A DNA stretch of 64,000 bases, taken from the IMG/VR virus record IMGVR_UViG_3300030376_003962; one strand, 5' to 3'. This DNA is from an uncultured virus (IMG/VR IMGVR_UViG_3300030376_003962) (Duplodnaviria; Heunggongvirae; Uroviricota; Caudoviricetes). A program made the translations under genes and the position numbers. Of the stretch, positions 63,638 through 64,000 are shown piece by piece. The notes beneath the pieces were generated by a model that made no database searches, was not told the origin of the DNA, and saw only the letters and a list, made by a program, of their open reading frames with translations. Within the stretch, counting starts at the first letter, position 1. Every line of letters starts with the position of its first letter.

Positions 63638-64000
63638 ATGGCAAAAGTAAAGTTAGTTAGACACAGACCAACTGGCCCTCTTCTATTGAGAAGGGGCGGT
63701 GGCACATACGCATTAACAGCGCAAGAGGAAACTGTTGTTCCACTAGGAATCGCAGTTACTATGTTAGGGGATAAAGGTCTCCTAATTGAATTAGACATAT
63801 CAGATGCAGCAGACGTTCTAAAATTGAACGACTACCTACTCAACATACTCAAGAGAGAGTTCAACGTTGAGGGAGATGCAAAGGCAGTCAAGGCTGCTTT
63901 GTTTCCTTCAGCAAAGAAGTCATTCATTCCTAACATAATCAAAGATACTCCTGTAGAGGAAGAACCAGTGATAGAGGAAGCACCTGAAGAGGTAGCAGTG
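63638..64000 (+). CDS. Hypothetical protein (3'-truncated)
   Basis: AGGTGA RBS, MAKVKLVRH..., open to the window end. Confidence 0.6.
   Translation, partial: MAKVKLVRHRPTGPLLLRRGGGTYALTAQEETVVPLGIAVTMLGDKGLLIELDISDAADVLKLNDYLLNILKREFNVEGDAKAVKAALFPSAKKSFIPNIIKDTPVEEEPVIEEAPEEVAV

Noticed and set aside
1..64000. Cellular archaeal chromosome or integrated provirus
   Set aside because: No ribosomal or housekeeping operons, integrase or att site seen; content and organisation are viral throughout.

Overview
A 64 kb segment of a large tailed dsDNA (Caudoviricetes) virus of archaea. The archaeal-type replication genes (PolB, PriS-PriL, PCNA-like, RFC, RPA-like), a TFB, GGTGA ribosome-binding sites, a class II RNR and marine-phage-type tail fibre motifs fit a 'magrovirus' infecting Marine Group II Euryarchaeota (Poseidoniales); this host call is inference. 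Layout: (1) 1-2996 (+) end of the tail module. (2) ~3-32.6 kb (-) replication/repair/metabolism block with a split PolB, TFB, RNR and a dispersed Ubl + E1 + JAB set. (3) 32.6-33.2 kb AT-rich divergence point, a candidate origin. (4) 33.2-38 kb (+) probable early region of gene cassettes delimited by a repeated ACCATATGGT palindrome, with a candidate ~400 nt ncRNA. (5) 38.5-64 kb (+) head module: terminase, portal, second ligase, prohead protease/scaffold and major capsid protein, interspersed with about 15 unrelated genes sharing an N-terminal M-S-W-x-x-(I/V)-(L/I)-K leader. The most notable items are this candidate capsid-targeting leader/cassette system, the virus-encoded ubiquitin-like module, the palindrome-delimited early cassettes and a 28-aa peptide with two PIP-box-like motifs. 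All product calls come from motif recognition by eye; no database searches were run.
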